A stretch of 64,000 bases of DNA from Octopus vulgaris. Taxonomy: Eukaryota. Below the pieces are notes generated by a model. That model was not told where the DNA came from. It did not search any database and saw only the letters and a program-made list of their open reading frames with translations. Below, piece after piece: positions 1 to 12,422 of the stretch. Numbering within the stretch: the first letter of the stretch is position 1; every line of letters begins with the position of its first letter. The stretch is from assembly GCA_951406725.2 (NCBI GenBank), contig OX597818.1, forward strand, positions 90,644,001 through 90,708,000, given 5' to 3'. Made by a program: the position numbers and the translations under genes.

Positions 1-900
1 GTCATCATCAAGAAAAGTACTAAAGGCACATCTCTTCATGTCATTGTGAAGTTAGGTCATCATGTTGACACAGTTAGACGATCCCTTCAGCATCCTTCGT
101 CAAGGAAGAAACGATTCGATTGTGGGATCTCCAAGACAGCTAGAGTTTGAAGGAATATTGGCCGCAAATTTCATTGGAAACCTGAACAAACAAGCAAACC
201 CATTTTCATCGCCTCCGGACTCGCTCATATACCGAAAACAGAAATCGCATCCTCGGGACCATGGCTTCCTTGTGAGAACCCCTGAAACTGCCTCCTTTAA
301 TGACCCCTTACATGAGTTGTGTTTTATTGACTGACGAAGCCAGAGCATCCCTTGGGTAAATCCCTTGGGTAAATGGTTGGGTCTGTTTTGGGGATGAGCG
401 TCTCCAACGTTTCCGACGTCAAAGAACAGGATGGAAGAGTCATGTTGGGGGCTGGTATCATTGGGGACAGAATTGTTGTCCCAGTCAAGATGCCTGCAAG
501 GGGTTAAAGTTACTGCATCTGCCTACTGCAATCTCCTAATTGCGGTCTTCGATCCCTGCCTAGATGACATGCAGCTGTCACTTCTAGAGAATATCGTATT
601 CATGCATGACAACGCTCCCTCCCACTCAACTAGAACCACTCCAAAATTACTAGGATCTTACAGCATAAAAGATGAATGGTTGACGGTGTGGCCACCAGCA
701 GCTCCGTATTTCAACCCTATCGAAAATCTTTTGGTCAATCTACATCAAAAGATGTTTTATGGGTGACCATCAAAGCTGCACCAGAGTCAGTCCTATCTGC
801 TACTATTAGGAAATTAACAGATTCCATGACTTGTAGCGATTTTGAAGTTATCCGTTGAAATGGTGCTCATGTGGCTAAACAATTCATTGTGTGAATAAAT
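1..900 (+). mobile_element. Decayed Tc1-like DNA transposon (transposase pseudogene)
   Basis: Across frameshifts: VLLTDE (~320-340), FMHDNAPSH and WPPAAPYFNPIENL (ORF 431-766), the Tc1 DDE triad context. 13-bp internal tandem duplication tcccttgggtaaa at 348-373. Confidence 0.85.
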
Positions 901-1664
901 GTTATAATATTATTATGGATTTCTGTTAAATATATTCGCAATGTATGCTTAATACGTATCATTTTCTGAAAAACAAAATGTCTAGATAGGTTTTCATTCA
1001 AAAGCTATTAGAATTTGAAATAAAGAAGAAATGACGTTACACAGAATAATGAAAACATGACAATGCTGTTGCCACAGTGTGCAAAAACCTGAGAAAAGTT
1101 TTATCAAAATCGATTCGCAGAAAACCGAGAAATCCTAAATGTCACTCCTAAGCTATTACCGTGATTCTGGTTGCATATATACATACATACATACATACAT
1201 CCATACATACATACATACATATGTATATATGTATATATATATGTATATATGTACATATATATATATATATATATATAGAACGAAACCGGTTGAACGATCA
1301 CACTTGTTCTGCTGATAGACTGAATGTAAAGATATTTCTTTACGTTTGCCTGTTGCAACCAATTACGATCCCAGTAACATACAACATGGTAAATTTATAG
1401 TTTTAAAAATGTGCTACATACCGTTTCAATGCTGAATTAATTGGCTTTGCTGCCAGCAATATGCTATTTAAGTATGTCATGATTTCCGATTTAGCATACT
1501 TTTAAATGTAGAGAATGGATATTGAGTGTATCCTAGGGCGAATAGTGGATTCTGATGAGCGTTCTACATAGCGTCGAAACTAGTTGGATCGTATAAATGC
1601 TAGAAATTATGAGAAGCCACAGAATTAATCTAAAACTGCGGTCAACGTGAAATGAAGCAAATGG

Positions 1665-1785
1665 AGCAACGTGAAACGAAGTCTTTTGCTTAAAGACACA
1701 ATGGGTAACCCAATCTGGGAATCGAATCCATGACCTAGCAATCGTGAGTGCAACAGCCTAGCCATTAGACCACTCTCCTTCACTA
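1665..1785 (-). mobile_element. tRNA-derived SINE fragment
   Basis: Minus strand has A-box-like GTGGTCTAATGG, B-box-like GATTCGATTCCC and the ttgtgtcttt-agcaaaa-cttc-tttcacgttgctcca core shared with the copy at 32664. Confidence 0.65.
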
Positions 1786-1834
1786 CACACACACGCACGC
1801 ACATACACACACACACGCGCGCTCACACACATAC

Positions 1835-1879
<45 letters not shown>

Positions 1880-1880
1880 T

Positions 1881-1928
<48 letters not shown>

Positions 1929-1959
1929 CAGGGTGTTTAGAAAAATATGTGCCTCAATT

Positions 1960-2690
1960 TTTTAATGGTTTTCAGGGTTTTGAATTATCACAAAAATATA
2001 CAAAATTAAATAGAGGAAATTGTAAACCTGGCAAATGAATTGAATCTGAACGTGTCGGCAAATGACGTAGATGAGTTGCTTCAATCCAATAGTGTCGAAC
2101 GCATCAACAAAGAGCTTATTGAAGTGCAAGAATATTGCAACAATAGAAGGGGATAAGGATACTGTCGATGAAACACCAGTTAATGTATTCACGTTGAAAG
2201 GATACGCAGAAGCATTTCGATCTTTGGAGCCTTGGAAAATTTTCAAGCACAAGATCCAAATTTTGATCGAAGTAGAAATAATTTCTGCTACCATCACATA
2301 TGCTTCTGCGTTTTTAGAGAGAGAATAATAGCTTCTTATAAGCAAAAAAGAAATCTAAAGTCCGTCTATGAGTGCTTGTGAGTCGGAGATCGTGTCTACA
2401 AGTGATGGTGTGAACGAATCTAGTGCGAGTGAACGTGAATCAGAAAATGATTATAATAATAATATTTTTTATTATAATTGATCTTGATATACTTTTATTT
2501 TATATAAAATATTCTGTACATTCTATTCTTGTTTTATTGCAAGTTATTTACGAATATTATAAATTTTAATTGGAATGAATTACGATTTCTAAATATGCTA
2601 TTATGGGAAATTATTGCTCTTCTCTACGAGTTTTCCCTTTACGAGTGGTCGCTGGGAACGAATTAGCCCGTATATTGAGGCATTTCTGTA
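1960..2690 (+). mobile_element. pogo/Tigger-like transposon 3' remnant
   Basis: Broken translation NLANELNLNVSANDVDELLQS...ELIEVQE resembles a Tigger transposase C-terminus; ends in a Tigger-style terminus ...ttacgagtggtcgctgggaacgaattagcccgtatattgaggcatttctg-TA. Confidence 0.55.
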
Positions 2691-2980
2691 TTTAAAAAAT
2701 TCAACTAGATTATGGATGGAAGACAACAGATTACTTTAAAGTAGTCGCCCTCAGCTTCCACCACGGCCACAAGCAGCTCAAGAACCCGGTGCATGCTTTT
2801 CTCACTGTGACTCTGGGGAGATCTTCGAAAACTACCTTGATTTCAGTCACCAGCTCCTAATCGTAAAATTATGGGATCGATTCCAGAACCAAGTAGCACG
2901 TTGAGTTCTTGAGCAAGTCACTATATTCCACGCTGCTCTAGTCTACTCAACTTAAAATGGGTATCAACCCATTCCTGGTG

Positions 2981-3412
2981 TAAGGGCCGGATTAAGACCC
3001 ATACAGGCCCTAAGCACTTAAAACCCATAAAAGCCCTTAGCACATAAAACATTTTGATGACTCCATATTTATTTCATTCAGAATATAAACCATACTATAA
3101 ACCTTAAAAGAAATTTTTATTTTCCAAATTGATACAAAACTATCAGTATACTTATCTTTATATTTGAAAAGTTTCCATCTACATTTTTTGATTGCAAAGT
3201 CTTTTATCAGATCTTCACTATGTTACCATGAACACTTCGAAGTAATATATCGATTATATAAACTTCTCTCAATATCATTTTAGCAAGTTTAAAGTGATTT
3301 CTTTTGGGCCGTTTTAAACACGATTTTAAACCCTTAACCATTTCTGTGGCACCCTCTCCTCTTGATCCATGAAACACGTGCTTATTTTGCTTAATGGTTA
3401 ACCCAGTGCTTG
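2981..3412. mobile_element. hAT-like non-autonomous element (MITE)
   Basis: Left end agggccggattaa, degenerate right end ttaacccagtgcttg, AT-rich non-coding interior. Confidence 0.4.
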
Positions 3413-3667
3413 CTGGTGCCGCTCATTCTCCTTCCACCTGTCAGATCATCGATGTTCCACCAGATCAAAGATGGTTGTGGTGGAGGTGGTGCTTGGGGTA
3501 GGAGGACGATCGGTAGGTTGTTCATACCTACTCGTGACTGTATAGGTTCAAATAGAATCGACGAAATCGTGATGCCAACTACCAGGTCACACTCATTTGC
3601 GAGCAACAGCCAACCATTCGTCCATTCTATCAATATTGTCAAAGACGTGACAGGCATGCCGATACTG

Positions 3668-3741
<74 letters not shown>

Positions 3742-3862
3742 AATCTGGCCTGCTCGCTTAGCCAGCGGGGTGGCGTCATTTGAAAGCTAAAACAATGCGA
3801 AGCGCATTGTGACCAGCGATGTGTAGCAACATCTGATAGCCTGGTCGGCCACGGTGATCACG

Positions 3863-3896
<34 letters not shown>

Positions 3897-4551
3897 CAGA
3901 TCAACTGAACAGAAATTTAGTTTCTAATTCTAACAGGTCAACTGTCGCTATATTTAGCAAAATGACTATCCTGTCCAGTAGACTAATGATAAGAGGTAGC
4001 CACCCAAATATCGAAATATCATTCGGATTGTGGAAAGGACCTTCTTTTTTGAAACAGTATGTGATTTAAGGGGGATTTGGTTGTTCTTAGCAGATCGTCT
4101 GATTACGTAGAAGTTCCCTTGTAAATTCTGTGGACTCACCCGTTGGCTCTGTATGTTACAGCTGATGTTGTTGTTGTTATTGTTCTCGTTGTTATTGCTC
4201 TTGTTTTGCTCCAAGCCACTTCTGACTCATAAGAATATTTATTTATGGCGATTCCGTTTACTTCTTTACCGTTTTTTGAATTTTTACTGACATAGTATAA
4301 TTTAAAACTCTGACAGTTGATTTTTATCTGATGGGGACTTGGCTGTTATTTCTAACATGACTAGAGACGTAAAAAGGCAACGAAGCAACTGAGCTTTACA
4401 ATTTTTTCGTCTGCCAGTCACGTAAGATCAATGTGAAGGTATTAGTTACGGAAGAAGTGAACCTTATTATTTATACACATACATATATACAAACAGACAG
4501 ACATACACACACATGTATATATATACATACATACACATATATATATATGTG

Positions 4552-4584
<33 letters not shown>

Positions 4585-4587
4585 CTG

Positions 4588-4622
<35 letters not shown>

Positions 4623-4631
<9 letters not shown>

Positions 4632-5022
4632 TCAACGAAAATGCATATTGTAGATATAAAAAGGCTATTTATGACAGGTAGTGACAAATATATACATTTA
4701 GAGTATTACTAGTCAAAAAAGTCATTATTATTGATGATTATAAGAAGTTAATAATAATAATAATAAGGTAAGAGACTGAAACGAACCAATTGGTTTTCGC
4801 GTTAGCAATTCATCGTTCATCCAAACGATGAATTGCTAACGCGAAAACCAATTGGTTCGTTTCAGTCTCTTACCTTATTATTATTATTATTATTAACTTG
4901 TTATAATCATCAATAATAATGACCTTTTTGACTAGTAATACTCTAAATGTATATATTTGTCACTACCTGTCATAAATAGCCTTTTTATATCTACAATATG
5001 CATTTTCGTTGATTTTTAATAT
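4623..5022. repeat. ~400-bp near-perfect palindrome (fold-back element)
   Basis: Arms 4623-4817 and 4824-5022, 6-nt loop CATCCA; differences are 2 substitutions, one AAT unit and one T. Confidence 0.97.
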
Positions 5023-5300
5023 TTTACCCTTATATTTCCACGTGTATTTTATATTTTTTTCAAAACATATTGCTATAAGCCATTCACAAAATAACGGAGA
5101 TGCAACACAGAATTTTTTCAGCGAACAGGTCGCAGTCTCAAAGCGACGAAAATATTTTGGCAAATTAAATTCAAATGTTGAAGTGAATCTAACGGTTTTT
5201 GTGTGTTTTTAAATGGCTTATAAACGCTTTCCAAGCTGCAGTTGTTTTTGTTTTAGCACACGATCTCAGATCAAGTCACTTGTTATGCAAGTACATCTCC

Positions 5301-5380
<80 letters not shown>

Positions 5381-5694
5381 AAATAATAATAGCAATAAGT
5401 TTTAAAAACACATAATAAATACACAAACAAACGGAAGACAGACACAGAGGGTCACCAACACCTCATCAGTCATCGGGCATAGGGTCAAGCACAATTTCGT
5501 GCCTTACTGGTGTAGATTGTGATCAAGAGGTTTAATAGGGCTACTTTTTCTGGAGGTATTGTTACTGATCAAACGTACCTTCACACGCAACGTACGTCCA
5601 TTTTACCTGCCATACATGCACTTTATGGAACTGATGAAATTTTCTTTCAGCAAGGTGGTGTAAGTTAAGTTAAGTTAAGTTAAGTTAAGTTAAG

Positions 5695-6083
5695 CTCGAC
5701 TTTTATTCTCTAGAAAAACGACGACGTCGTGGTGATCTCATTCTTGCTCACAACATCATAAGCGGAAAGTGTAACCTCTCGAAAGAGCTGTTCTTCACTC
5801 CTGCTCCAGAACGTTGACTGCGGGGTCACTCCGAAAAGCTCTATCTGCGACGATTTCATCTCAAGCGAAGGAGAGGGGCTTTCTCCGTCCGGGTTGCGGA
5901 TCCGTGGAATAAGCTGCCGGACGAGATAGTGAAGATGCCGACGACCGCTCGGTTCAAAGTTTCCCTTGACCACAAATGGCCTGAACTCTTTGCATGAACA
6001 TCACCCTGTACATAATTCCATGTCCCCCTACATGGCCTTGTTTTTTGCTTTTTGAGTCAAAAAATTAACTTAACTTAACTTAA
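5695..6083 (+). mobile_element. CR1-clade LINE 3' end, copy 1
   Basis: LDFYSLEKRRRRGDLILAHNII...*LRGHSEKL...FSVRVADPWNKLPDEIV...FKVSLD is a typical CR1 ORF2 C-terminus; short 3'UTR and (TTAAC)n tail. Confidence 0.88.
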
Positions 6084-6453
6084 AATATTTCTAACACCTT
6101 TCTTTCCCTGAAGTTAGTATACGTTGTTTTGGCAAACTCTCTCTCTCTCTCTCTCTCACTCTATATATATATATATATATACATACATATATATATATAT
6201 ATAAACAATTGCTACGTGTGTGTGTGTTTATAAGCCATTTACCCGGACTTGATGCAACGTTGAATTTTTTCAGCGAACAGGTCGCAGTCTCAAAGCGACG
6301 AAAATATTTTGGCAAATTAAATTCAAATGCTGAAGTGAATCTAACGGTTTTTGTGTGTTTTTAAATGGCTTATAAACGCTTGTTCAAGCTGCAGTTGTTT
6401 TTGTTTTAGCACACGATCTCAGATCAAGTCACTTGTTATGCAAGTACATCTCC

Positions 6454-6524
<71 letters not shown>

Positions 6525-6838
6525 CATATATATAAAATAATAATAGCAATAAGTTAAAAAGCACATAATAAATACACAAACAAACGGAAGACAGACACAG
6601 AGGGTCACCAACACCTCATCAGTCATCGGGCATTGGGTCAAGCACAATTTCGTGCCTTACTGGTGTAGATTGTGATCAAGAGGTTTAATAGGGCTACTTT
6701 TTCTGGAGGTATTGTTACTGATCAAACGTACCTTCACACGCAACGTACGTCCATTTTACCTGCCATACATGCACTTTATGGAACTGATGAAACTATATTA
6801 ACCCTTCTTAAGCGTGTTAGTTAAGTTGCTAAGTTAAG

Positions 6839-7227
6839 CTCGACTTTTATTCTCTAGAAAAACGACGACGCCGCGGTGATCTCATTCTTGCTCACAACAT
6901 CATAAGCGGAAAGTGTAACCTCTCGAAAGAGCTGTTCTTCACTCCTGCTCCAGAACGTTGACTGCGGGGTCACTCCGAAAAGCTCTATCTGCGATGATTT
7001 CATCTCAATCGAAGGAGAGGGGCTTTCTCCGTCCGGGTTGCGGATCCGTGGAATAAGCTGCCGGACGAGATAGTGAAGATGCCGACGACCGCTCGGTTCA
7101 AAGTTTCCCTTGACCACAAATGGCCTGAACTCTTTGCATGAACATCACCCTGTACATAATTCCATGTCCCCCTACATGGCCTTGCTTTTTGCTTTTTGAG
7201 CCAAAAAATTAACTTAACTTAACTTAA
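6839..7227 (+). mobile_element. CR1-clade LINE 3' end, copy 2
   Basis: Near-identical to 5695-6083, with the same 5' truncation point and the same in-frame TGA. Confidence 0.88.
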
Positions 7228-8454
7228 AATATTTCTACCACCTTTCTTTCCCTGAAGTAAGTATACGTTGTTTTGGCAAACTCTCTCTCTCTCTCTCTCT
7301 CACTCTCTCTCTCTCTCTCTCTCTCCCTCTCTCTCTCTCCATATATATATATATTGTTTGAGTTCACTGCATTAAATAAGGCGAAATGGTAGAATGGTAG
7401 AGCTTCGGTTAGAATGTTTGCTTAGACTCTCTACGTTCTGAATTCAGATTCCGAACGTAGCCTTTATTAACCTTTCTGCACTTGGGAGTCTATAATTCAG
7501 GGTAACAGAAGATAGCCAGACACTATGACTTTCCTGCTCTTACTGTTTATGTGGAAGATTTAATCTATCGCGCAGTTTCACACTACCTAGCTCCCTGGAT
7601 TCCTTTGACGGAGTCCACTTTGTTGCAAGTATTTGGGCTTGATCTGTTGCTGGAAGACATTTTCCCTCCCTTCCTCACTTCTTTCCATCAGTCACAAAGG
7701 CCCTTTAAAAAGAAATAGGCATTGCGTTGTCTCCCCTCTATAAGATATGTCAGCTTCCACTTAGATATATGATCTTTATACGGAACGCAAATCCAGACAA
7801 TGTTATCTCATTATTTTAAGTTGTATTATAACAGCAATTTGGCAGAATAGTCAGCGCGCCGAACATAATACTTAAAAGCATTCAGGCCTTCTCGTTCTGA
7901 ATACAAATTCCACCGACGTCGACCTAGCCTTTCATCCCTTCAAAGTAAAAAAAAAAAAAAAATAAGTACTAGTCAAGCACTGGAGTCGGTGTAATTGCTT
8001 TCCTTCACCCCCACAAAAAGAACAAAAACTGCGGGGCCTGTAGCAAAATCTGAAACCATTATTTTTAGTTGCATTATGACGATGAATTGGCAAAATAGAA
8101 CGTCGGACAAAATGTTTAGCAGTTTTTCTTCTTGTTCGTTACGTTCCGTTTTCAAATACCACCAACGTAAATGTTGCTTTTCATCCTTTCAAGGTCGATG
8201 ATTCTAACGTTTATGTTTATGTTTGTGGCCACTTCCTCTGCTAGAAACACCTGGAAATTGTTCCTCAATTTTCACCAAAATCTTGAAAATGAAAGGCGAT
8301 ATTGAATATTGTAATTATAGTAAAATATGACAGGATGGTCATAACTGGAATGATTTTGATCATAGATTTATTTCATTAGACATTAACTGTGGCTAAAGTT
8401 TTGTTCCTTGTGGCACATTATATACTGATACATACACCACACACAGAAGGGTTC

Positions 8455-8600
8455 AGAAGCTTGCTTCCCAACCACATAGTTCCGGGTCCAGTCGTACTGT
8501 GTGGCTCCTTCAGTAAATGTCTTCTACTATGACCTCGAGTCAACCAAACCCTTGTGAATGGATTTATTAGACGGAAACTGAAAGGAGCCCTTCGCGTCGT
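8455..8600 (-). mobile_element. tRNA-SINE head (family of 21514-21930)
   Basis: Contains ttcccaaccacatagttccgggtccagtcgtactgtgtggc...ggatttattagacggaaactgaaagg, homologous to the reverse complement of 21770-21900; orientation read by eye and may be the opposite of the 21514 copy. Confidence 0.45.
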
Positions 8601-8640
8601 ATATATGTATGTATGTATGTATATATGTATGTATGCATCA

Positions 8641-8673
<33 letters not shown>

Positions 8674-8676
8674 CAG

Positions 8677-8718
<42 letters not shown>

Positions 8719-9567
8719 GTGTGTATGTGTGTGTGTGTCTTTATGTATGTCTTTATGTCTGCGTTTGTACACATGACCGTTTGACACCGGTGTTGGTTTG
8801 TTTAGCGGTTCAGGAAAAGGATAACAGAATATGCACTGCGTTTGGAAAAAGAATGACCTACGGTCAATTCCTTCGACTAAAATACTTCAAAGCGTTGACC
8901 CAGCATGGCCATAATTGAAAGTTATACTTCCACATTACACAAAATATCTTAAATTTTTTGTATAATTGTTAATAATACTTAATGATAAAAATATAATGGG
9001 GATCTTTTTCGTATCATCGAATGACTAGAAGGTGCCAACAGAACAAAACAAGAATCAAAGAGGACCTTAGGTAAAAAGCAGAGTGGTTTAAAGCCTCTGG
9101 ACTGGACTATTCAAGGTGGTGCCCCAGTATGGCCGCAGTCCAAATACTGAAATAAATGAAAAAGACAAAAGCGATATGCCCGCGCACTCACGCGCACTCA
9201 CGCACACATACGCACACACATGCATACGCACACACATACATACGTACACACATACATACGCACACACATGCACACACACACACAGACAGACACACACACA
9301 CTCACAAAAACCACACCGAACACACTGGCCGTCACACAGACCGATACACATGGTTGCATTTAGATTGGACTCTTCCATTCTGTGGTAGCGATATTTTCGT
9401 TAGTCACTCACCCCCTTCTCTCCTTTATTGTCCCTCTCACTTTCTCCCTCTTTCTTTCCCTCTTTCAACTTAGTGTGTGTCTTGCTTTATCACTTCACTT
9501 TACATATCTTTTCTCACTCTTTACTCTCTTGCTCTCTTTTTCTCTTTCTTCTCCCATGTTTTATATG

Positions 9568-9612
<45 letters not shown>

Positions 9613-9713
9613 ATGTACATATATATACATGCCTCCCCCCACATATATATATACATACAATGTGTATGTGTGCATGTGTGTATGTATATGTGCGTATTCT
9701 TATATATTTGTAA

Positions 9714-9751
<38 letters not shown>

Positions 9752-10336
9752 TCTTAGTCATACACACACTTGCACATACACTCTTTCTTTCTTTCTTTCT
9801 TTCACTCTCACTCTCTTTCTATCTCTCTCACTTAATTTCTCTTTCTCTCCACTGCTTATTCAGCTCTCCTCTCCTATTCTGTCATCTCTCTCCTTCCTCC
9901 TTCTTCCCACTCTCCTTTCAATCTCTCTCCCCCCTCTCTCTCTCTCTCACACTATTTCCCTTTAGTTCGTCACTTCTCAGAAAATACACTTTTTCCGTAG
10001 TCACCCACTCATATAAACTCTTTCTTTCTCACTCTATTTCTCTCTCTCTCTCTCTCTTTCTTTCACTTTCTTAGAATTCTGTTTGTGTCTCTTTATTTCC
10101 TGCCCTTTTCCCATTTTCTCTGCCAACTCTTCACTCAGACACATACATACATTATCTCATACACACGCACACATATATATACACGCATAAATACTGACAA
10201 TCTTACACGTATTCATTCATACACGTGCTTGCACACTCTCAGTGTCATTCATTGAAACGTACCCCCTGACACACACAGACACACACACATACTCATTTAT
10301 ACACACAAACCTAGAATTGATTGAGCTAATTTAATA

Positions 10337-10343
10337 TGACTCA
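10337..10343 (+). promoter_or_regulatory. AP-1 site (TGACTCA) upstream of the S-crystallin TATA box
   Basis: Exact AP-1 consensus ~27 nt upstream of the TATA element; AP-1/ARE-type elements are reported in squid S-crystallin promoters. Confidence 0.55.
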
Positions 10344-10369
10344 CACACATTGGCCGACTCCTGTATCTG

Positions 10370-10405
10370 TATATATATCAGATCCAAGATTCTGTGAAAC
10401 AGTTT
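10370..10405 (+). promoter_or_regulatory. TATA box (TATATATA 10370-10377) and Inr-like ACAGTT, putative TSS ~10401
   Basis: TATA to Inr A spacing is 31 nt; gives a 98-nt ATG-free leader before the start at 10499. Confidence 0.55.
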
Positions 10406-10483
10406 CCAAATTTGTTTCTCTTCGACTTAAATTTTCGCTACTGTTTGCTCTACGGTCTCAAATAATTTTCAACGGACCTTTAA

Positions 10484-10633
<150 letters not shown>

Positions 10634-11507
10634 TAGTATTGGAACTTTCCATCACTATTTATTCTTGATCCTAATTCCTCTACGTAATCTCAACACCGTC
10701 TCGTATTCTTTACATTCCTTTTTTTCTATTCTTTTGCTACTTCTACTCCAGCTTCTTCTTCTTCTTCTCAATTTTTTTGGATACTACTCCCTACACTTTG
10801 AGTTCAGCCCCAACTGAGATAAACTTCTACTCTCTACACTTTGTTCGATAAAAGTTTCCTACCAATCGAGGGCAATGCATTGGCTAAACTGCATGAACTG
10901 TAAGAATGTCGGCCCATATACCTTGTGGTATTTGTTCCGTTTCTTTCAGTTCTAAGTTGAAATTCTCGCTCATAGCTCCTACATAAATGGTAGATTTATA
11001 TCTGTCACATGTCTAAAATGTCCCAGGCGCACCGTATCCAACAACAGCGCCCCAGTGACTAAATAAGATGTTGAAATATCCACCAGAGTTCAATGCTAGA
11101 AGATTCACTAAGCCGGTTTTAGTTTATCTGTCCTGGTTGTGGGTATACCTAGGCACGCCGGCTAATGGCTCTTCTAATATCCCTTCTAACTCTATCACCA
11201 GGTCTGCCATTAGCAGATTTCACTCCGTTGCAAGGAACAGCTCCAAGTTCCAGTTTGAGGATACCTTACCTATCTAACTTTCTCCCATCAGTCTTGGAGT
11301 CCTTTATAAGGCCATAGGCACAAAGTTTTCTCTTGACTAATCGATACGTAAAAATAAGTACCAACCTTATATTGAATTCCGTTAAACTGATTCTATACAT
11401 ACTCCGAACATTTGTAGCTTTTACACGTTTTAGAAACAATTACTTTTGTTAATGTGCCGTCTAATTCCTTGCGTAGAGAAAACGGAATAGGCATTCTTTG
11501 TTTGGAA

Positions 11508-11855
11508 CAGTAGTTCTCAACAGGAGTCTATATGGTCCTTGAGGGTCTGTATAAGATTTTGGGGAATTCAGGCAAAAAAATACTAAACTGAGGATCCACA
11601 ACAGTATTTTAAGGGCCTCTGAAAATATCTTGCTTTAGATGTATTTATTAATAGGTATTGCAAGAAACAACTAGGTTTCTTTTTGCAACGTTTTACGTAG
11701 TTCAAACTACACAAGTTAAGGTGAGAAAAAAAAAAGAAATTTTGAAAGAAGTTTCTAAGGAACTAATTTCTAAACATCGGATGACTATGGGGGTTCACCA
11801 GAATAAAATAATAATCAAAAGGATCCGTAGATAAAAAATGATCAAGAACCTCTTG
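11508..11855. mobile_element. hAT/Charlie-type MITE
   Basis: Termini cagtagttctcaa ... tcaagaacctcttg, a degenerate CAGxGGTTCTCAA-type TIR. Confidence 0.55.
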
Positions 11856-12355
11856 TTTAGAAGTTATGGTGGAAAAACTCGCGCAGTAGACACAGTTGAA
11901 CATTTTCAAGGTAGAAGTTTTCTCTTCATGCCAAGCATTGATCAGATTCAAGTACAAATTGAAGATTAAGATAAGAGTAGAAAGTGCAATACCTTCCAGG
12001 AAATTTATTTTAAAAAACGGTTCAATAGCGGAACCGGCACGGCTAAATGCGTTTGCAAAATATATGGTTGTAAGCTGACAGTAAGATATTTGGGCATTGA
12101 CGTGTCAGAGTAACCAAAATTTATGCGTTGGGACCCCTAATGACGCTATGTCGTTCGTACTCCATTTTAATGATCCATTATTGCTGTTTTGTTGATGTGT
12201 ACTATTATTTCTGTTTATTAATGTCTTTATTGTTTTGTTCTACTAAACAGTTGTACTTAGTATAAATCATCTCCATGTTTCTTGCGTATTCATCTCTTTC
12301 GTAACTCGCCATTGTACAGTTGCTAAAATGTAGGGCCATTGCGGCAAATTAAAAA

Positions 12356-12421
<66 letters not shown>

Positions 12422-12422
<1 letters not shown>

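Larger units (their letters stand above)
5073..7350. repeat. Tandem duplication, ~1.15-kb unit x2
   Basis: ~5073-6200 is repeated at ~6229-7350 (offset 1144-1152) with the same order: dispersed repeat, (CA)n, unique segment, CR1 fragment, (CT)n(TA)n. Confidence 0.95.

Noticed and set aside
5455-5500. GAAA...CUGAUGA on the minus strand (also ~21020-21060) as a permuted hammerhead
   Set aside because: Stems I and III could not be paired convincingly.
5710-7117. Duplicated 87-aa minus-strand ORFs (MVKGNFEPSG...)
   Set aside because: They are antisense to the CR1 ORF2 remnant.
11000-11330. Possible decayed RTE fragment on the minus strand
   Set aside because: Similarity is too faint to support by eye.
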